This document shows positions 18,447 to 27,441 of a DNA stretch of 64,000 nucleotides, in pieces; positions within the stretch are counted from its first letter, which is position 1; the number at the start of each line of letters is the position of its first letter. This DNA comes from Spirochaetales bacterium. Its GTDB lineage: Bacteria > Spirochaetota > Spirochaetia > Treponematales > UBA12059. The notes beneath the pieces are model-generated. The model was given only the letters and a program-made list of their open reading frames with translations. It made no database searches and was not told where the DNA came from. The stretch spans positions 6,014-70,013 of the forward strand of contig JAFGJV010000014.1 in assembly GCA_016928955.1 (NCBI GenBank). The letters run 5' to 3'. Made by a program: the position numbers and the translations under genes.

Positions 18447-19399
18447 CGGGTAGCCTCCGCCTGGCCGGCCCCTGCAGGCGATTTGGCGGCGCGCGCCGTC
18501 TGGGCCCGGGACGCCATCCTGTCGAACAGGGGACCAAAGCTGTTGCCCAGGAGTACGGCAAAGCTCGTGCCTTCCGGAAAGAGGCTGAAGCTGCGTATGA
18601 CCACGGCCGCCGTGCCTATCAGGCAGCCGTACGCCCACTGGGCGCCTTTTTTCTTGGGGGCGCTCACGGGATCCGTGGCCATGAACACGGCAACGAAGGG
18701 CAGGCTGCCGGCCAGCAGGGCCTGGGGAGGCAGAGCGCGGGGAACGCCGGCCAGGTACAGGGCCAGGGTCAGGGCAGCGGCCGAGCCCAGGGTGGACAGC
18801 ATGAGGCGCCATTGCGCGGTCTTGGTGGCCAGGAGGTACACGGCCGCCAGGGCTATAAGGATCACGCTGGACTCTCCCAGGGCGCTCACCCTGGTGCCCA
18901 GGAGCAGGTCTTTGAGCTCGGGGGAGCCGCCCGTGCGCATGAGGGCCAGGGGCGACGCCGCCGACACGGCGTCCGTGGCGCCGAACAGGCTGCCAGCCGC
19001 CTGGCCAAAGCCTCCGGGCGCGTAATATGAGGCGCCAAGCGCCCCGGCAAAGGATATGTATATGAACAGGCGGCCGGCTATGGCCGGATTGAACACGTTG
19101 CGGCCAAAGCCGCCGTAGGCCTCTTTGGCCATGGACACGGCAAAGACGATGCCCACCAGCACGATCCACAGGGGCGTTGCCGGAGGCAGGGACAGGGAGA
19201 ACAGGGTGCCCGTCACCAGGACGGCCTCGCTCACCTTGCCGCCTTTTTTACGCTCGAACAGCCATTCCGTGAGTACGGCGCCGCCAAGGCCCACGGCCAG
19301 CACGGCCAGGGCCCGGGGTCCGTACAGCCACACGGAAAAGGCGGCTATGGGCGCCAGGGACAGGAGCACCCGGCGCATCATGATCTGCTTCTGGAACAC
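18443..19399 (-). CDS. NqrB/RnfD-family membrane subunit; at 318 aa it is of RnfD-like length
   Basis: GTG 19399 is preceded by AAGGAG. The protein is polytopic, with ...GGFGRNVFNPAIAGR... and a flavinylation-like DAVSAAS motif. Confidence 0.85.
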   Translation of the reverse strand: MFQKQIMMRRVLLSLAPIAAFSVWLYGPRALAVLAVGLGGAVLTEWLFERKKGGKVSEAVLVTGTLFSLSLPPATPLWIVLVGIVFAVSMAKEAYGGFGRNVFNPAIAGRLFIYISFAGALGASYYAPGGFGQAAGSLFGATDAVSAASPLALMRTGGSPELKDLLLGTRVSALGESSVILIALAAVYLLATKTAQWRLMLSTLGSAAALTLALYLAGVPRALPPQALLAGSLPFVAVFMATDPVSAPKKKGAQWAYGCLIGTAAVVIRSFSLFPEGTSFAVLLGNSFGPLFDRMASRAQTARAAKSPAGAGQAEATR

Positions 19400-19446
19400 G
19401 AACGACTCCTTGCCAACGGGATCCGACAGCGTGTTCGGATGAAACC

Positions 19447-19474
19447 ATTATAACCGGCTGTGCGGGCGGGGCAA
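19447..19474 (-). promoter_or_regulatory. Candidate sigma70-type promoter of the rnfD/nqr operon
   Basis: On the minus strand the sequence reads TTGCCC (19474-19469), a 16-nt spacer, then TATAAT (19452-19447). It lies about 48 nt upstream of the GTG start. Confidence 0.4.
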
Positions 19475-19495
19475 GGTTGAAAGCCGAGCGTTTAG

Positions 19496-19630
19496 AGCCA
19501 ATTTCAAAAGTCTGTTACTTCTGAAATTGGCTTTGCGATTGCTCGCGGTTGTTTACATATTTCGCAACCGCTACGCAAATCACGTCTCAATGTGTAGCTC
19601 TTTCAAAACTCGTCTGACTTTTGAAAGAGC
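19496..19630. repeat. Low-GC block of three consecutive hairpins (REP-like), related in style to the repeats at 57077 and 59350
   Basis: Hairpin 1: 19496-19506/19522-19532 (11 bp, perfect). Hairpin 2: 19545-19551/19565-19571 (7 bp, with outer TTTGCG/CGCAAA). Hairpin 3: 19597-19608/19619-19630 (12 bp, perfect, GCTCTTTCAAAA/TTTTGAAAGAGC). Confidence 0.6.
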
Positions 19631-19645
19631 CTCTTTACCTAAGAA

Positions 19646-20626
19646 TTAGCAGGCTGCTGGAAGGCGGATCTCAAAGCGGCAGGTATCCGCTCCGTCCAGC
19701 ACGGACTCCACCACCCGGGCTTCCGTGTCCGCTGCCAGCACCACGTCAAACCTGAATTTCTGGTAACCGGCCGAACACGCGCACCAGGCGGCCGGCACCG
19801 TGGAGCCGGCTTCCGTGATGCCCGAAACGGCGAGCGGGCAGTGGCAGGCCAGGCGACGCCTGGTCAGCCTGTCCGTGGCTTTGAGGTAGGCGTCAGGGTC
19901 ATAGGGTATCTTGGTCTCGAATACCGAGTTCCCGTGCCGGACGCCGGCCAGGATTTCCTGGTTGGATCGGACAAAGGCCACAACGTCCTGGGTGATGCGT
20001 TGCTCGAACCACAGCGTGCCCTCGTCGGCGTGCTTCTGGAGCACGGCCACCTGGCGGGCGTGGTAGTCGGCCAGCCAGGCGTCCACCGAGCCCAGGGAGA
20101 GGTAGCGCTCGCGCTCGTCGGCAAAGGCAGCGGCCGGTATGCCGTGCACGTTCCAGGTGAGCACCTGGCGGGCGCGTTCCGGCCCCAGCTCGGATTCAAG
20201 GGCGCGCACAAAGGCTGCTGTTTTTTCAGGGTAGGCTTCCGGGGGCGAGCCGGGCGCGGGAACGGAAAAAGCTTCCATGACCCGGTTCCGGGCGGCCGCC
20301 CCTGCCAGGGTCCCAAGGCGGCTACTCATGTCCGGGAGAACGCCTATGGGCAGAAGATAGGCCAAAAAGCGTATGGCCAGGGCAAGCTCCCCAGTGGCCG
20401 TAAAGTACCGGGCCAGGGCCCGCACGGCTTGTTCGCCGTTGGCGCCGCTTGCCACCTGGTCGGCCAGAAAGGCTTCCGCCGCGCTGGTGTCGGGTTTGTC
20501 CATGGAAAACCCGGCTGCACTGAACCATGTCTCAAGCCTGGCCAGGAAACCCAGTTCATGGTCTATGGCTGTTTGATCCAGGCCGCGCTGGCGGCACCGC
20601 TCAACAAAATCGGCTTCTTTGTGCAT
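19646..20626 (-). CDS. Hypothetical protein with a Cys-rich C-terminal region
   Basis: ORF 19646..20752 trimmed to ATG 20626, preceded by GGGAGG; ATG 20668 is also possible. The C-terminus reads ...LACHCPLAVSG...AAWCACSAGYQKF...ADTCRFEI, which suggests a metal or cofactor site. I recognise no family. Confidence 0.55.
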   Translation of the reverse strand: MHKEADFVERCRQRGLDQTAIDHELGFLARLETWFSAAGFSMDKPDTSAAEAFLADQVASGANGEQAVRALARYFTATGELALAIRFLAYLLPIGVLPDMSSRLGTLAGAAARNRVMEAFSVPAPGSPPEAYPEKTAAFVRALESELGPERARQVLTWNVHGIPAAAFADERERYLSLGSVDAWLADYHARQVAVLQKHADEGTLWFEQRITQDVVAFVRSNQEILAGVRHGNSVFETKIPYDPDAYLKATDRLTRRRLACHCPLAVSGITEAGSTVPAAWCACSAGYQKFRFDVVLAADTEARVVESVLDGADTCRFEIRLPAAC

Positions 20627-20742
20627 GGAGCCTCCCGTGGCGGGTGTGCTTCGGAGCTCTTTGGTCATGCGCGCCGCCGCGCCTCCATATAATGGAGCGC
20701 GCGGCGACGCCAGCGTTTCCCCTATCATAACGTTCAACTTAT

Positions 20743-20772
20743 TTGAACGCAAGAGGGTATATCGCCTATAAT
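20743..20772 (+). promoter_or_regulatory. Candidate sigma70-type promoter for the M28 peptidase gene, embedded in TTGAAC/GTTCAA repeats
   Basis: TTGAAC (20743-20748), an 18-nt spacer, then TATAAT (20767-20772). Confidence 0.4.
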
Positions 20773-20904
20773 TGAACTATACTTGCGTTCTGGTAGCCTG
20801 ACAGCACCAGCAGCCGGCGTCAGCCTGCCAGTCGCCTGCCAGTGCGCCATAGCTTTGATAAACGGGCAGAATCCCGGGCTCATACGCGGGAAAAGGAGCT
20901 GATT

Positions 20905-22224
20905 ATGGTCCGCCGTGTGTATGTGGTGTCTGTCGTCCTGGCAATCGTCGTGGGCTCGGCCTGCGTCCGTGATCCCGAACCCGCCAATCCGGTTCCCGCC
21001 GGCAAGCTGGACGCCGACGGTATGTATGCCCTGGGTGTGGCCACGGAACTGGCCGACAAACTGTACGCCGGGCGCCAGGTGGGTTCCGCGGGCGGCAGGC
21101 TGGCTGGGGACAGGCTCCTGGCCGAACTCGAGGCCATAGGGCTAGAGGCGCGTGCCCAGGAATTCGCCTGGCGGACAGCCATGAACGAGGGACCCGCCAT
21201 CCTGGAGCTCAGGCGGGAAGACGGGGAACCCGCGCGCGTATATGAATATAGAAGGGATTTCCGCGAGGCTGTCCGGGGCGCCTATGAGGGCGGCCAGGCC
21301 GAGGGTCCGCTGTTTGTCATGGAAGACTCGCGCGCCAGTTTTCCGGCGGGCGCCGTGTTGCTCCTGTCCAAGGAAGCATACAACCCGAACGTGACCGACC
21401 GGTACCTTGAGGGCGGGGCGGCGGGTTTCCTGGTGGAAGTGGGCGATCAGTATATGCCCCAGCGGCCCCTGTTCGCTGGGCAGGCGCCCGGCACCCTGCC
21501 CGAGCCTCAATCAGGCCTCCCGCTCCTGGCCTTGTCGTCCAGCTGTTACCGGGAGCTGGCCCTGGCTGCGGCAAGCGGCGCCAGCGTCGTCATGCGGAGT
21601 CCGGTGCGCTTCAGGGACGTGACCGCGCGCAACCTGGTTGGCCTGTGGGACGGCGACGGCGGGGGCTGCGCGCCGACTGTCATGGTCATGGCCCATTACG
21701 ACCACGTGGGCCATGACGCGGACGGCAGCGTCTTTCCAGGCGCCCTGGACAACGCGTCCGGCGTGGGCGTGGCCCTGGCGGTGGCCAAGGCCTGGACGGC
21801 CCTCGGGATGGCTGCCGATTTCTGCGTGCTCCTCTCGGACGCCGAGGAAACGGGCCTGGCCGGCGCCGGGTATTTTGCCGCCCATCCGCCGTTCAGCCTG
21901 GCTGGCGTCCGGGTGCTCAACGTGGACATGGCCGGCTCCGTTACGGACATGGCCGTGTCGGTGCTGGCGGGTGACCGGGAACTGGCCCGTAGGGTTGCCG
22001 ATGCCTTGGGCGCGGCGGGCTTCCGCACAGAACTGGTTCAGGGATCGACGGCCGCCGACCACGCCGCCTTTGACCGCAGCGGCGCCCTGGCCGTAACGGT
22101 CAACGAGTACGACACGGCCGCCTACCACACCTACGGCGACCTGCCTTCAGGCTTGTCGGCCGCCGAGCTGGACGCGGTTGCCGACGCCGTGCTCGGGCTA
22201 CTTGCTACCCTGGCGTCAGAGTAG
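20905..22224 (+). CDS. M28-family metallopeptidase, lipoprotein
   Basis: ORF trimmed to ATG 20905, preceded by AAAGGAG. The lipobox is VVGSAC. The Zn-ligand motifs MAHYDHVG, LDNASGVG and SDAEETGLAG are present. Confidence 0.85.
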   Translation: MVRRVYVVSVVLAIVVGSACVRDPEPANPVPAGKLDADGMYALGVATELADKLYAGRQVGSAGGRLAGDRLLAELEAIGLEARAQEFAWRTAMNEGPAILELRREDGEPARVYEYRRDFREAVRGAYEGGQAEGPLFVMEDSRASFPAGAVLLLSKEAYNPNVTDRYLEGGAAGFLVEVGDQYMPQRPLFAGQAPGTLPEPQSGLPLLALSSSCYRELALAAASGASVVMRSPVRFRDVTARNLVGLWDGDGGGCAPTVMVMAHYDHVGHDADGSVFPGALDNASGVGVALAVAKAWTALGMAADFCVLLSDAEETGLAGAGYFAAHPPFSLAGVRVLNVDMAGSVTDMAVSVLAGDRELARRVADALGAAGFRTELVQGSTAADHAAFDRSGALAVTVNEYDTAAYHTYGDLPSGLSAAELDAVADAVLGLLATLASE

Positions 22225-22242
22225 GGCTTTTATGACGCCGGG

Positions 22243-23472
22243 TCAGCCGTCCGCCAGGCGTTTTTCCCCGGTCAGGGCCCGCTTGTCCGTCAGGTCCTGG
22301 CTGACCTCCAGGGTGCCCAGGTAGGAGCCGTCCTGGTCGCGCAGGGCGTAATACTCAATGGAAATGAAGCGGCCCTTCATGCTTATCCAGAAGGCCTCGT
22401 GGTCGCGCGCGCCCGAGCGGAACGCGTCCAGTATGGCCACAACGCGGCCCACGCTGGCGCCCGGGTGGCAGTTGCGCACGTCCCGCCCGACTATGGCCGG
22501 GCTCCGGGGGAAAATGCGGTGAGGCGAGTCCGAGTACCAACGCACCGTATCGTCTGCGTCCACCCAGGTCATGTCCACGGGCAGGGCGGCAAAGATGGCG
22601 GCCAAAGCTTCCGGGCTGAGGGAGCCGGTGCGGCCTGAGAAGCCCTGCCCGGCATGGTGGGGCGGTATTCCGGCCGTTCCGGGCACGGTTTTTTGGCCGG
22701 CGGCCAGGAAACGCGCCCTGTCGTCCGGGCTCAGGAAGCAGAAGCCGTATTCCAGGCACTGGTTGAACAGGGCGTCGGCATCGTCGTCCTTCATGAGGGA
22801 GCGCATCACCGGGTAGAGGGCTATTTCCTCCCGGAGGATGTTGGCGTTGAGGTCAAAATACAGGCGGCCGAGCACCCGGTTGAGCTCGGTTGTGTCCGGG
22901 GCGGTTTTGCCTGAAAGCAGGGCTGCCAGGTCCTTCATGCCGCGGCGGGCGTCGTCCTGTATGTCCCACATGAGCCGGACACAGCGGTATTCAGGGTAGT
23001 TTTTCTCGAACCACGGAAAGAGGACGTTTTCTTTCTTGCGGTAATGCGTTTCCACCTCCGCCACGCCGGCGGCCAGCTCCCTGAGGCCGTCTAGGGCGGC
23101 GGCCGATGCCGGATCGTCGTTGAAGGCGCGCGCCCAGGCCTTGCCCTTTGCAAGGAGGGAGGACAGACCGGCGTTCTCGGCCATGAGCGAGCTGAAGAGG
23201 CGCTCCCCGGCCGGGAGCTTGAGGCGGTGCGTGTCCAGGGCCGGGTGCAGGAGGTTGACCAATTTTGACACGGCGGGTTTGAGAAGCCCAAAGTCCACGC
23301 CGCGAGCCACCGCGTCGTCCACCGCGCCGGTCAGGTCTTCCGGCCTGGCGCCGTCTATCCACGGCCTGGCGCGCCGTACGTCCTCGGCCGACGCAAAGCC
23401 GCCGGTCAGGGCGGCCAGGAGGGCGCGGAAAGCTGCCGCGCGTTCGTGCGAGTTTTGCAGGGGTTCGCCCAT
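22243..23472 (-). CDS. DUF438 / hemerythrin-like / PAS(PAS_10) domain protein (COG2461-like)
   Basis: The C-terminal region LPVDMTWVDADDTVRWYSDSPHRIFPRSPAIVGRDVRNCHP...EFWISMKGRFISIEYYALRD...QDLT matches the conserved PAS_10 module of DUF438 proteins as I recall it. The central region is helical and hemerythrin-like. Confidence 0.75.
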   Translation of the reverse strand: MGEPLQNSHERAAAFRALLAALTGGFASAEDVRRARPWIDGARPEDLTGAVDDAVARGVDFGLLKPAVSKLVNLLHPALDTHRLKLPAGERLFSSLMAENAGLSSLLAKGKAWARAFNDDPASAAALDGLRELAAGVAEVETHYRKKENVLFPWFEKNYPEYRCVRLMWDIQDDARRGMKDLAALLSGKTAPDTTELNRVLGRLYFDLNANILREEIALYPVMRSLMKDDDADALFNQCLEYGFCFLSPDDRARFLAAGQKTVPGTAGIPPHHAGQGFSGRTGSLSPEALAAIFAALPVDMTWVDADDTVRWYSDSPHRIFPRSPAIVGRDVRNCHPGASVGRVVAILDAFRSGARDHEAFWISMKGRFISIEYYALRDQDGSYLGTLEVSQDLTDKRALTGEKRLADG

Positions 23473-23478
23473 GGTCGT

Positions 23479-24015
23479 TCAGCCTTCCGACCGCGGACGC
23501 TTGGTCCAGCCCATGATCAGCCCAAGGGCCACCGACCACAGGGCGGCCAGTCCAATCTGGTACTCCTGCGGCAGCATGAAGGTAAGGGTGTGCGCGGGCA
23601 CCCAGAACCAGGCCAGGGTGGTAAGGCTGGCGCGTATGCCCTGGTAGCCCCGTGCGCCGCTGATCAGGTTGTCCGTGCTGCGGTGGATGAACATGAGGAG
23701 GGGCCCGAACTGGGCATTCATGGCCACGGACAGCAGGAAGGCCCTTAAGAAACCCGGTTCCATGGCGGGCGCTGGCAGGAAGCCCGCGTGGACGAGCCCT
23801 TCCAGGTACCCGGAAAAGCCCTTGAACGAGTATTTGACCAGGATGCCAAGGAAACCCCACACCACGGCCTTGGCCAGCCACTCCAAAACCTTGGCGGACG
23901 GCTTCCGCTTGGCCGCCAGCACGCCAAGGAGCTCGCCCAAGGTGCCCAGGATTGCAAATTGTATAAAAGCTGACAGAAGCACATTGTTCTTGACCCAGTC
24001 CACGTACCACGCCAT
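23479..24015 (-). CDS. Hypothetical 4-5 TM membrane protein, 6 nt upstream of the DUF438 gene
   Basis: ORF trimmed to ATG 24015, preceded by GGGAGGA (MAWYVDWVKNNVLLSAFIQFAILG...). Confidence 0.6.
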   Translation of the reverse strand: MAWYVDWVKNNVLLSAFIQFAILGTLGELLGVLAAKRKPSAKVLEWLAKAVVWGFLGILVKYSFKGFSGYLEGLVHAGFLPAPAMEPGFLRAFLLSVAMNAQFGPLLMFIHRSTDNLISGARGYQGIRASLTTLAWFWVPAHTLTFMLPQEYQIGLAALWSVALGLIMGWTKRPRSEG

Positions 24016-24197
24016 AGGAAATCCTCCCGTTTTTTGTGAGCGCTGGAGCCAGTATAATCCCAACGCACCGTTTAGTGAACGTTTAAGGCCCTGTCCGAGC
24101 TACCAGTGTCGTGGTATACTGCCTTGGAAGTTGAAACGGCGTTTTGTTATATGAAACACGGCTGGCGCATCCGGCCAGCCTGACCGAGGAGACCCGC

Positions 24198-25406
24198 ATG
24201 CCCGTGGCTACCGCAGTCAAGGCCAATCTTGAGCGCAGTTCATGGATACGACGCATGTTCGAGGACGGCCGTGCCCTCAAGGCCGAGTTCGGGGAAGAAA
24301 ACGTATACGACTTTTCCCTGGGCAACCCCGACCTTGAGCCGCCCAAGGCCTTTTTGGACGCCCTGAAGGACGCTGTCGGCTCGCCCGAGCAGGGCATGCA
24401 CGCCTATATGCCCAACGCCGGCTTCCCGTCGGCCAGGGCGGCCATGGCGGAGAAAATCTCGTCCGAGCACGGCGTGGCAGCGTCCGCCGAGGACGTGATC
24501 CTGACCGTGGGCGCGGCGGGCGCCCTCAACGTGGTGCTCAAGACCGTGCTCAATCCGGGCGACGAGGTGGTGGTCATACGGCCGTATTTTGCCGAGTACG
24601 GTTTTTATATTTCGAACCACGGCGGCGTTATGCGCACTGTGGACGCGGCGCCTGATTTTTCTCTTGATCCCGGTGCCGTGGCCGCCGCCCTGGGGCCGCA
24701 GACGGCCGCCGTCATCATCAACACGCCCAACAATCCCTCAGGCCGGGTGTATGACCGCCCGTCCCTAGAAAAACTGGCCGCCGTCCTCACCGCCCACGGC
24801 CAGGCGTGCGGGCGGGCGCCGTACCTGATCCTGGACGAGCCCTACCGGGATATCGTGTACGACGGGCTGGCCGCCCCACCGGTCATAGACGCCTATCCGG
24901 AAAGCATCGTGGTGTCCAGCTTCTCCAAGACCCTGTCCATACCGGGCGAGCGCCTGGGCTACGTGGGCGTCAATCCCGCCATAGCCGACAAGGCCCTGCT
25001 CATGGCGGGCCTGACCATGGCCAACCGCATACTGGGCTTTGTCAACGCGCCGGCCCTGGTCCAGCGGGCGGCCGCCGCCAGCTGGAAGGCCCGCGCGGAC
25101 GTTGCCCGCTACGAACGGAGGCGAACCATGCTGGCCGGCGTCCTCCGCATAGCCCAGATCGAGCACGCCAAGCCGGAAGGCGCCTTCTATCTGTTCTGCA
25201 AGGTGCCGGAGGGCGGGCCAGCGTCGGCTGGCGGCCGCGATGTGGCCTTTGCCATGCACCTGAAGGGCTTTCATATACTGGCCGTGCCGGGCGAGGGCTT
25301 TGGCTACCCGGGCTGGTTCCGCTTGTCGTACTGTGTGCCCGAACGTACAATCGAGGATAGCGCCGTGGCCTGGGCGGAGGCGGTCAGGAACTGGCGCTCC
25401 ATATAA
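24198..25406 (+). CDS. Class I/II PLP-dependent aminotransferase (aspartate/aromatic type)
   Basis: ORF trimmed to ATG 24198, preceded by GAGGAG. The PLP-lysine motif SSFSKTLSIPGERLGY is present, together with ...NPSGRVY... Confidence 0.9.
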   Translation: MPVATAVKANLERSSWIRRMFEDGRALKAEFGEENVYDFSLGNPDLEPPKAFLDALKDAVGSPEQGMHAYMPNAGFPSARAAMAEKISSEHGVAASAEDVILTVGAAGALNVVLKTVLNPGDEVVVIRPYFAEYGFYISNHGGVMRTVDAAPDFSLDPGAVAAALGPQTAAVIINTPNNPSGRVYDRPSLEKLAAVLTAHGQACGRAPYLILDEPYRDIVYDGLAAPPVIDAYPESIVVSSFSKTLSIPGERLGYVGVNPAIADKALLMAGLTMANRILGFVNAPALVQRAAAASWKARADVARYERRRTMLAGVLRIAQIEHAKPEGAFYLFCKVPEGGPASAGGRDVAFAMHLKGFHILAVPGEGFGYPGWFRLSYCVPERTIEDSAVAWAEAVRNWRSI

Positions 25407-25439
25407 TCGCGATCCGGGCGCTTCCCGGGGAGGTTGTTC

Positions 25440-26024
25440 ATGAAACGTAGCGTTCTTCTGGTCTTGATCCTGGCGTGCGCGGCCGCGGCCGGCGCCCAGA
25501 ATTTTTCCATTGGGCCCCTGATCACCTGGCAGGTACAGAGCACCACGATAGACGAGACCACCACGTCCTATTCCGACCTGGAGTTCGGCGTGGTGGTGCC
25601 CATAGAGCTCAAGGGCGGCCTGGAAGTGGCTCCGGAGCTGGCCTTGATCCTGGAAGAAGACCCAGCCACCACGGGCTTCAGATTCGGCACAGGCCTTTAT
25701 TGGGCCATGGCCAAGGCGGGCGCCTTCTCTCTCCGGACTGGCCCCCGGGTCATGCTCACCGTCTATACCGAGTTCAATGGAGTGTCCAAGGACGACGACG
25801 AGAATTTCTCCCGGATGAACCTGGACCTGGGCGTGCCCCTGATAGCCGACCTGACCGTGTCGTCCTTCCTGACGCTCAGGGTAATGCAGCCCATCGTCAC
25901 GATGGACTGGACATCCAGCGGCAGCACCACGGTTCTCAGCCAGAAACGTACCGATTCGGACTTTGCCTTCTCGTCGTTCTACAAGGGCTTCAACCCGACC
26001 TTCATCTTTCTGTTTAATTTATAG
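25440..26024 (+). CDS. Small putative outer-membrane beta-barrel protein
   Basis: ATG 25440 is preceded by GGGGAGG. The signal peptide is MKRSVLLVLILACAAAAGAQ. The sequence shows an alternating amphipathic strand pattern and an aromatic-rich C-terminus (...NPTFIFLFNL). Confidence 0.5.
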   Translation: MKRSVLLVLILACAAAAGAQNFSIGPLITWQVQSTTIDETTTSYSDLEFGVVVPIELKGGLEVAPELALILEEDPATTGFRFGTGLYWAMAKAGAFSLRTGPRVMLTVYTEFNGVSKDDDENFSRMNLDLGVPLIADLTVSSFLTLRVMQPIVTMDWTSSGSTTVLSQKRTDSDFAFSSFYKGFNPTFIFLFNL

Positions 26025-26041
26025 GGAAGCCTGGGTGACTG

Positions 26042-26070
26042 GAGAGCGGAAACGTGGCGTTTCCGCTCTC
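26042..26070 (+). terminator. Strong hairpin after the small OMP gene; there is no U-run
   Basis: 13-bp perfect stem GAGAGCGGAAACG (26042-26054) / CGTTTCCGCTCTC (26058-26070) with a 3-nt loop. Confidence 0.4.
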
Positions 26071-26185
26071 TCGCCGCGCCCGCTTGGCCGAGGCCGTGCG
26101 CGCATGGACATGCTAAATCGGTTTAAATTCCTGACACTTTAGTAAAAAATTGTCAAAAAACTCCGTTTCCCAACCTAAAAAAAAC

Positions 26186-26215
26186 TTGACACCGCCAAAT
26201 TTGCGGGGATATACT
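26186..26215 (+). promoter_or_regulatory. Near-consensus sigma70-type promoter for the 26289 outer-membrane protein gene
   Basis: TTGACA (26186-26191), an 18-nt spacer, then TATACT (26210-26215). It sits in an A/T-rich upstream region, and the gene has the strong RBS AAGGAGGA. Confidence 0.55.
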
Positions 26216-26288
26216 CCCCATAAAGCTAAGGGGAACGCGGCAACCCTAGGTTCTGCACCCCGCTTTATTCCTACAAGGAGGAATCTAG

Positions 26289-27419
26289 ATGAAGAAAGCT
26301 ATCGTGCTTCTTCTGGCCCTCATGGCCGCTGTGGGCGCTTTTGCCCAGACCCCTGTGGTCTCCGCTGACGCGACTCTCACCTGGGGTATGGACCTCAACA
26401 CCAACGCCACCGGTTTCCTGAACGAGTACAGCGCCGACGTGACCATTCCCTTCGCGGTTGAAGACGCTGAAGCCACCGGCGAGGGCGTCCATGGCTACAT
26501 CGCGCTGACCGGCATCACCTTCGAGCTGTTTGACGACCCCGTGGCTGGCGCATCTGGCCTCGGCTTCAACGATGACGATGCTTATGCCACCCCCGCCTCC
26601 CTCGAGGCCAAGATCGTGTCCGGCCCCCTGTACGCCATGGTGTACAGCCAGTCCAGCCTCGATTTCGACGCCGCTGGCGAGCTCCTGGATGGCGCCGTTG
26701 CTGGCGTGTTCCATGCCAACACCTACGGCACCCAGATCGGTTACGACAGCGAAATGTACGATGTCGGCCTCATCATCAACTCCAAGGGTGACTGGACGAC
26801 CAACGTTGACAACGAGTACGGCATGGGCATCGTGGCCAGCCTGACCTTCGTTCCCGACACCCTGGCCCTGGACGCCGGTTTCTCCTATGACCTGACCGAC
26901 GTTACCAAGGACATGGGTTTCTGGCTGTCCGTCCCCGTGACCGTGGCCGGCTTTGCCATCACCCCCGCCGCCGATTTCTACATCGCCGATGGCGCTGACA
27001 TGGCCTTTGATGCCCGCCTGGACCTGGGTTATGACATCACCGACGCCACCAACGTCGCGGTCGCCGTGTACTACGGCGGCGATGAGGACCTTGAGATGTC
27101 CATCGACTTCTACGAGGACGGCGGTCTGGTAGAGAACCTGTACTTTGGCTTTGGTTTTGGTTACTACAACGCCATGGAGACGGTCGTTGCCGCCACCTGG
27201 GACGCTTATGCTGACCTCACCTACACCATCGCCATGGACGGTGACTACTACGTGATGCCCTACGCCTACTTCAACATCGACAGCACCGACCTGGTTACCC
27301 TGGACGTCGGCGTCGAGGCCTTCCTGATCCCGAACACCACGTTCACCCTGGACTGGATCACCACCGACATCGCGAACGACAAAGGTATCCTGACCTTTGC
27401 CACCAACGTCAGCCTCTAA
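26289..27419 (+). CDS. Abundant-type acidic outer-membrane or surface protein (porin-like), family unknown
   Basis: Signal peptide MKKAIVLLLALMAAVGAFAQ. The protein has no Cys, is D/T/Y/G-rich, and shows an alternating beta-strand pattern. The gene is flanked by a consensus-like promoter, a strong RBS and a textbook terminator. Confidence 0.7.
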   Translation: MKKAIVLLLALMAAVGAFAQTPVVSADATLTWGMDLNTNATGFLNEYSADVTIPFAVEDAEATGEGVHGYIALTGITFELFDDPVAGASGLGFNDDDAYATPASLEAKIVSGPLYAMVYSQSSLDFDAAGELLDGAVAGVFHANTYGTQIGYDSEMYDVGLIINSKGDWTTNVDNEYGMGIVASLTFVPDTLALDAGFSYDLTDVTKDMGFWLSVPVTVAGFAITPAADFYIADGADMAFDARLDLGYDITDATNVAVAVYYGGDEDLEMSIDFYEDGGLVENLYFGFGFGYYNAMETVVAATWDAYADLTYTIAMDGDYYVMPYAYFNIDSTDLVTLDVGVEAFLIPNTTFTLDWITTDIANDKGILTFATNVSL

Positions 27420-27441
27420 TCTTTCCTGACAGAGCTGATGG

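Noticed and set aside
18447-19169. Upper part of ORF 17832..19169, upstream of the nqrC start
   Set aside because: It overlaps rnfD/nqrB in another frame and has Arg/Pro/Gly-rich composition. An ATG at 18446 with an ATGA overlap gives a normal-sized NqrC.
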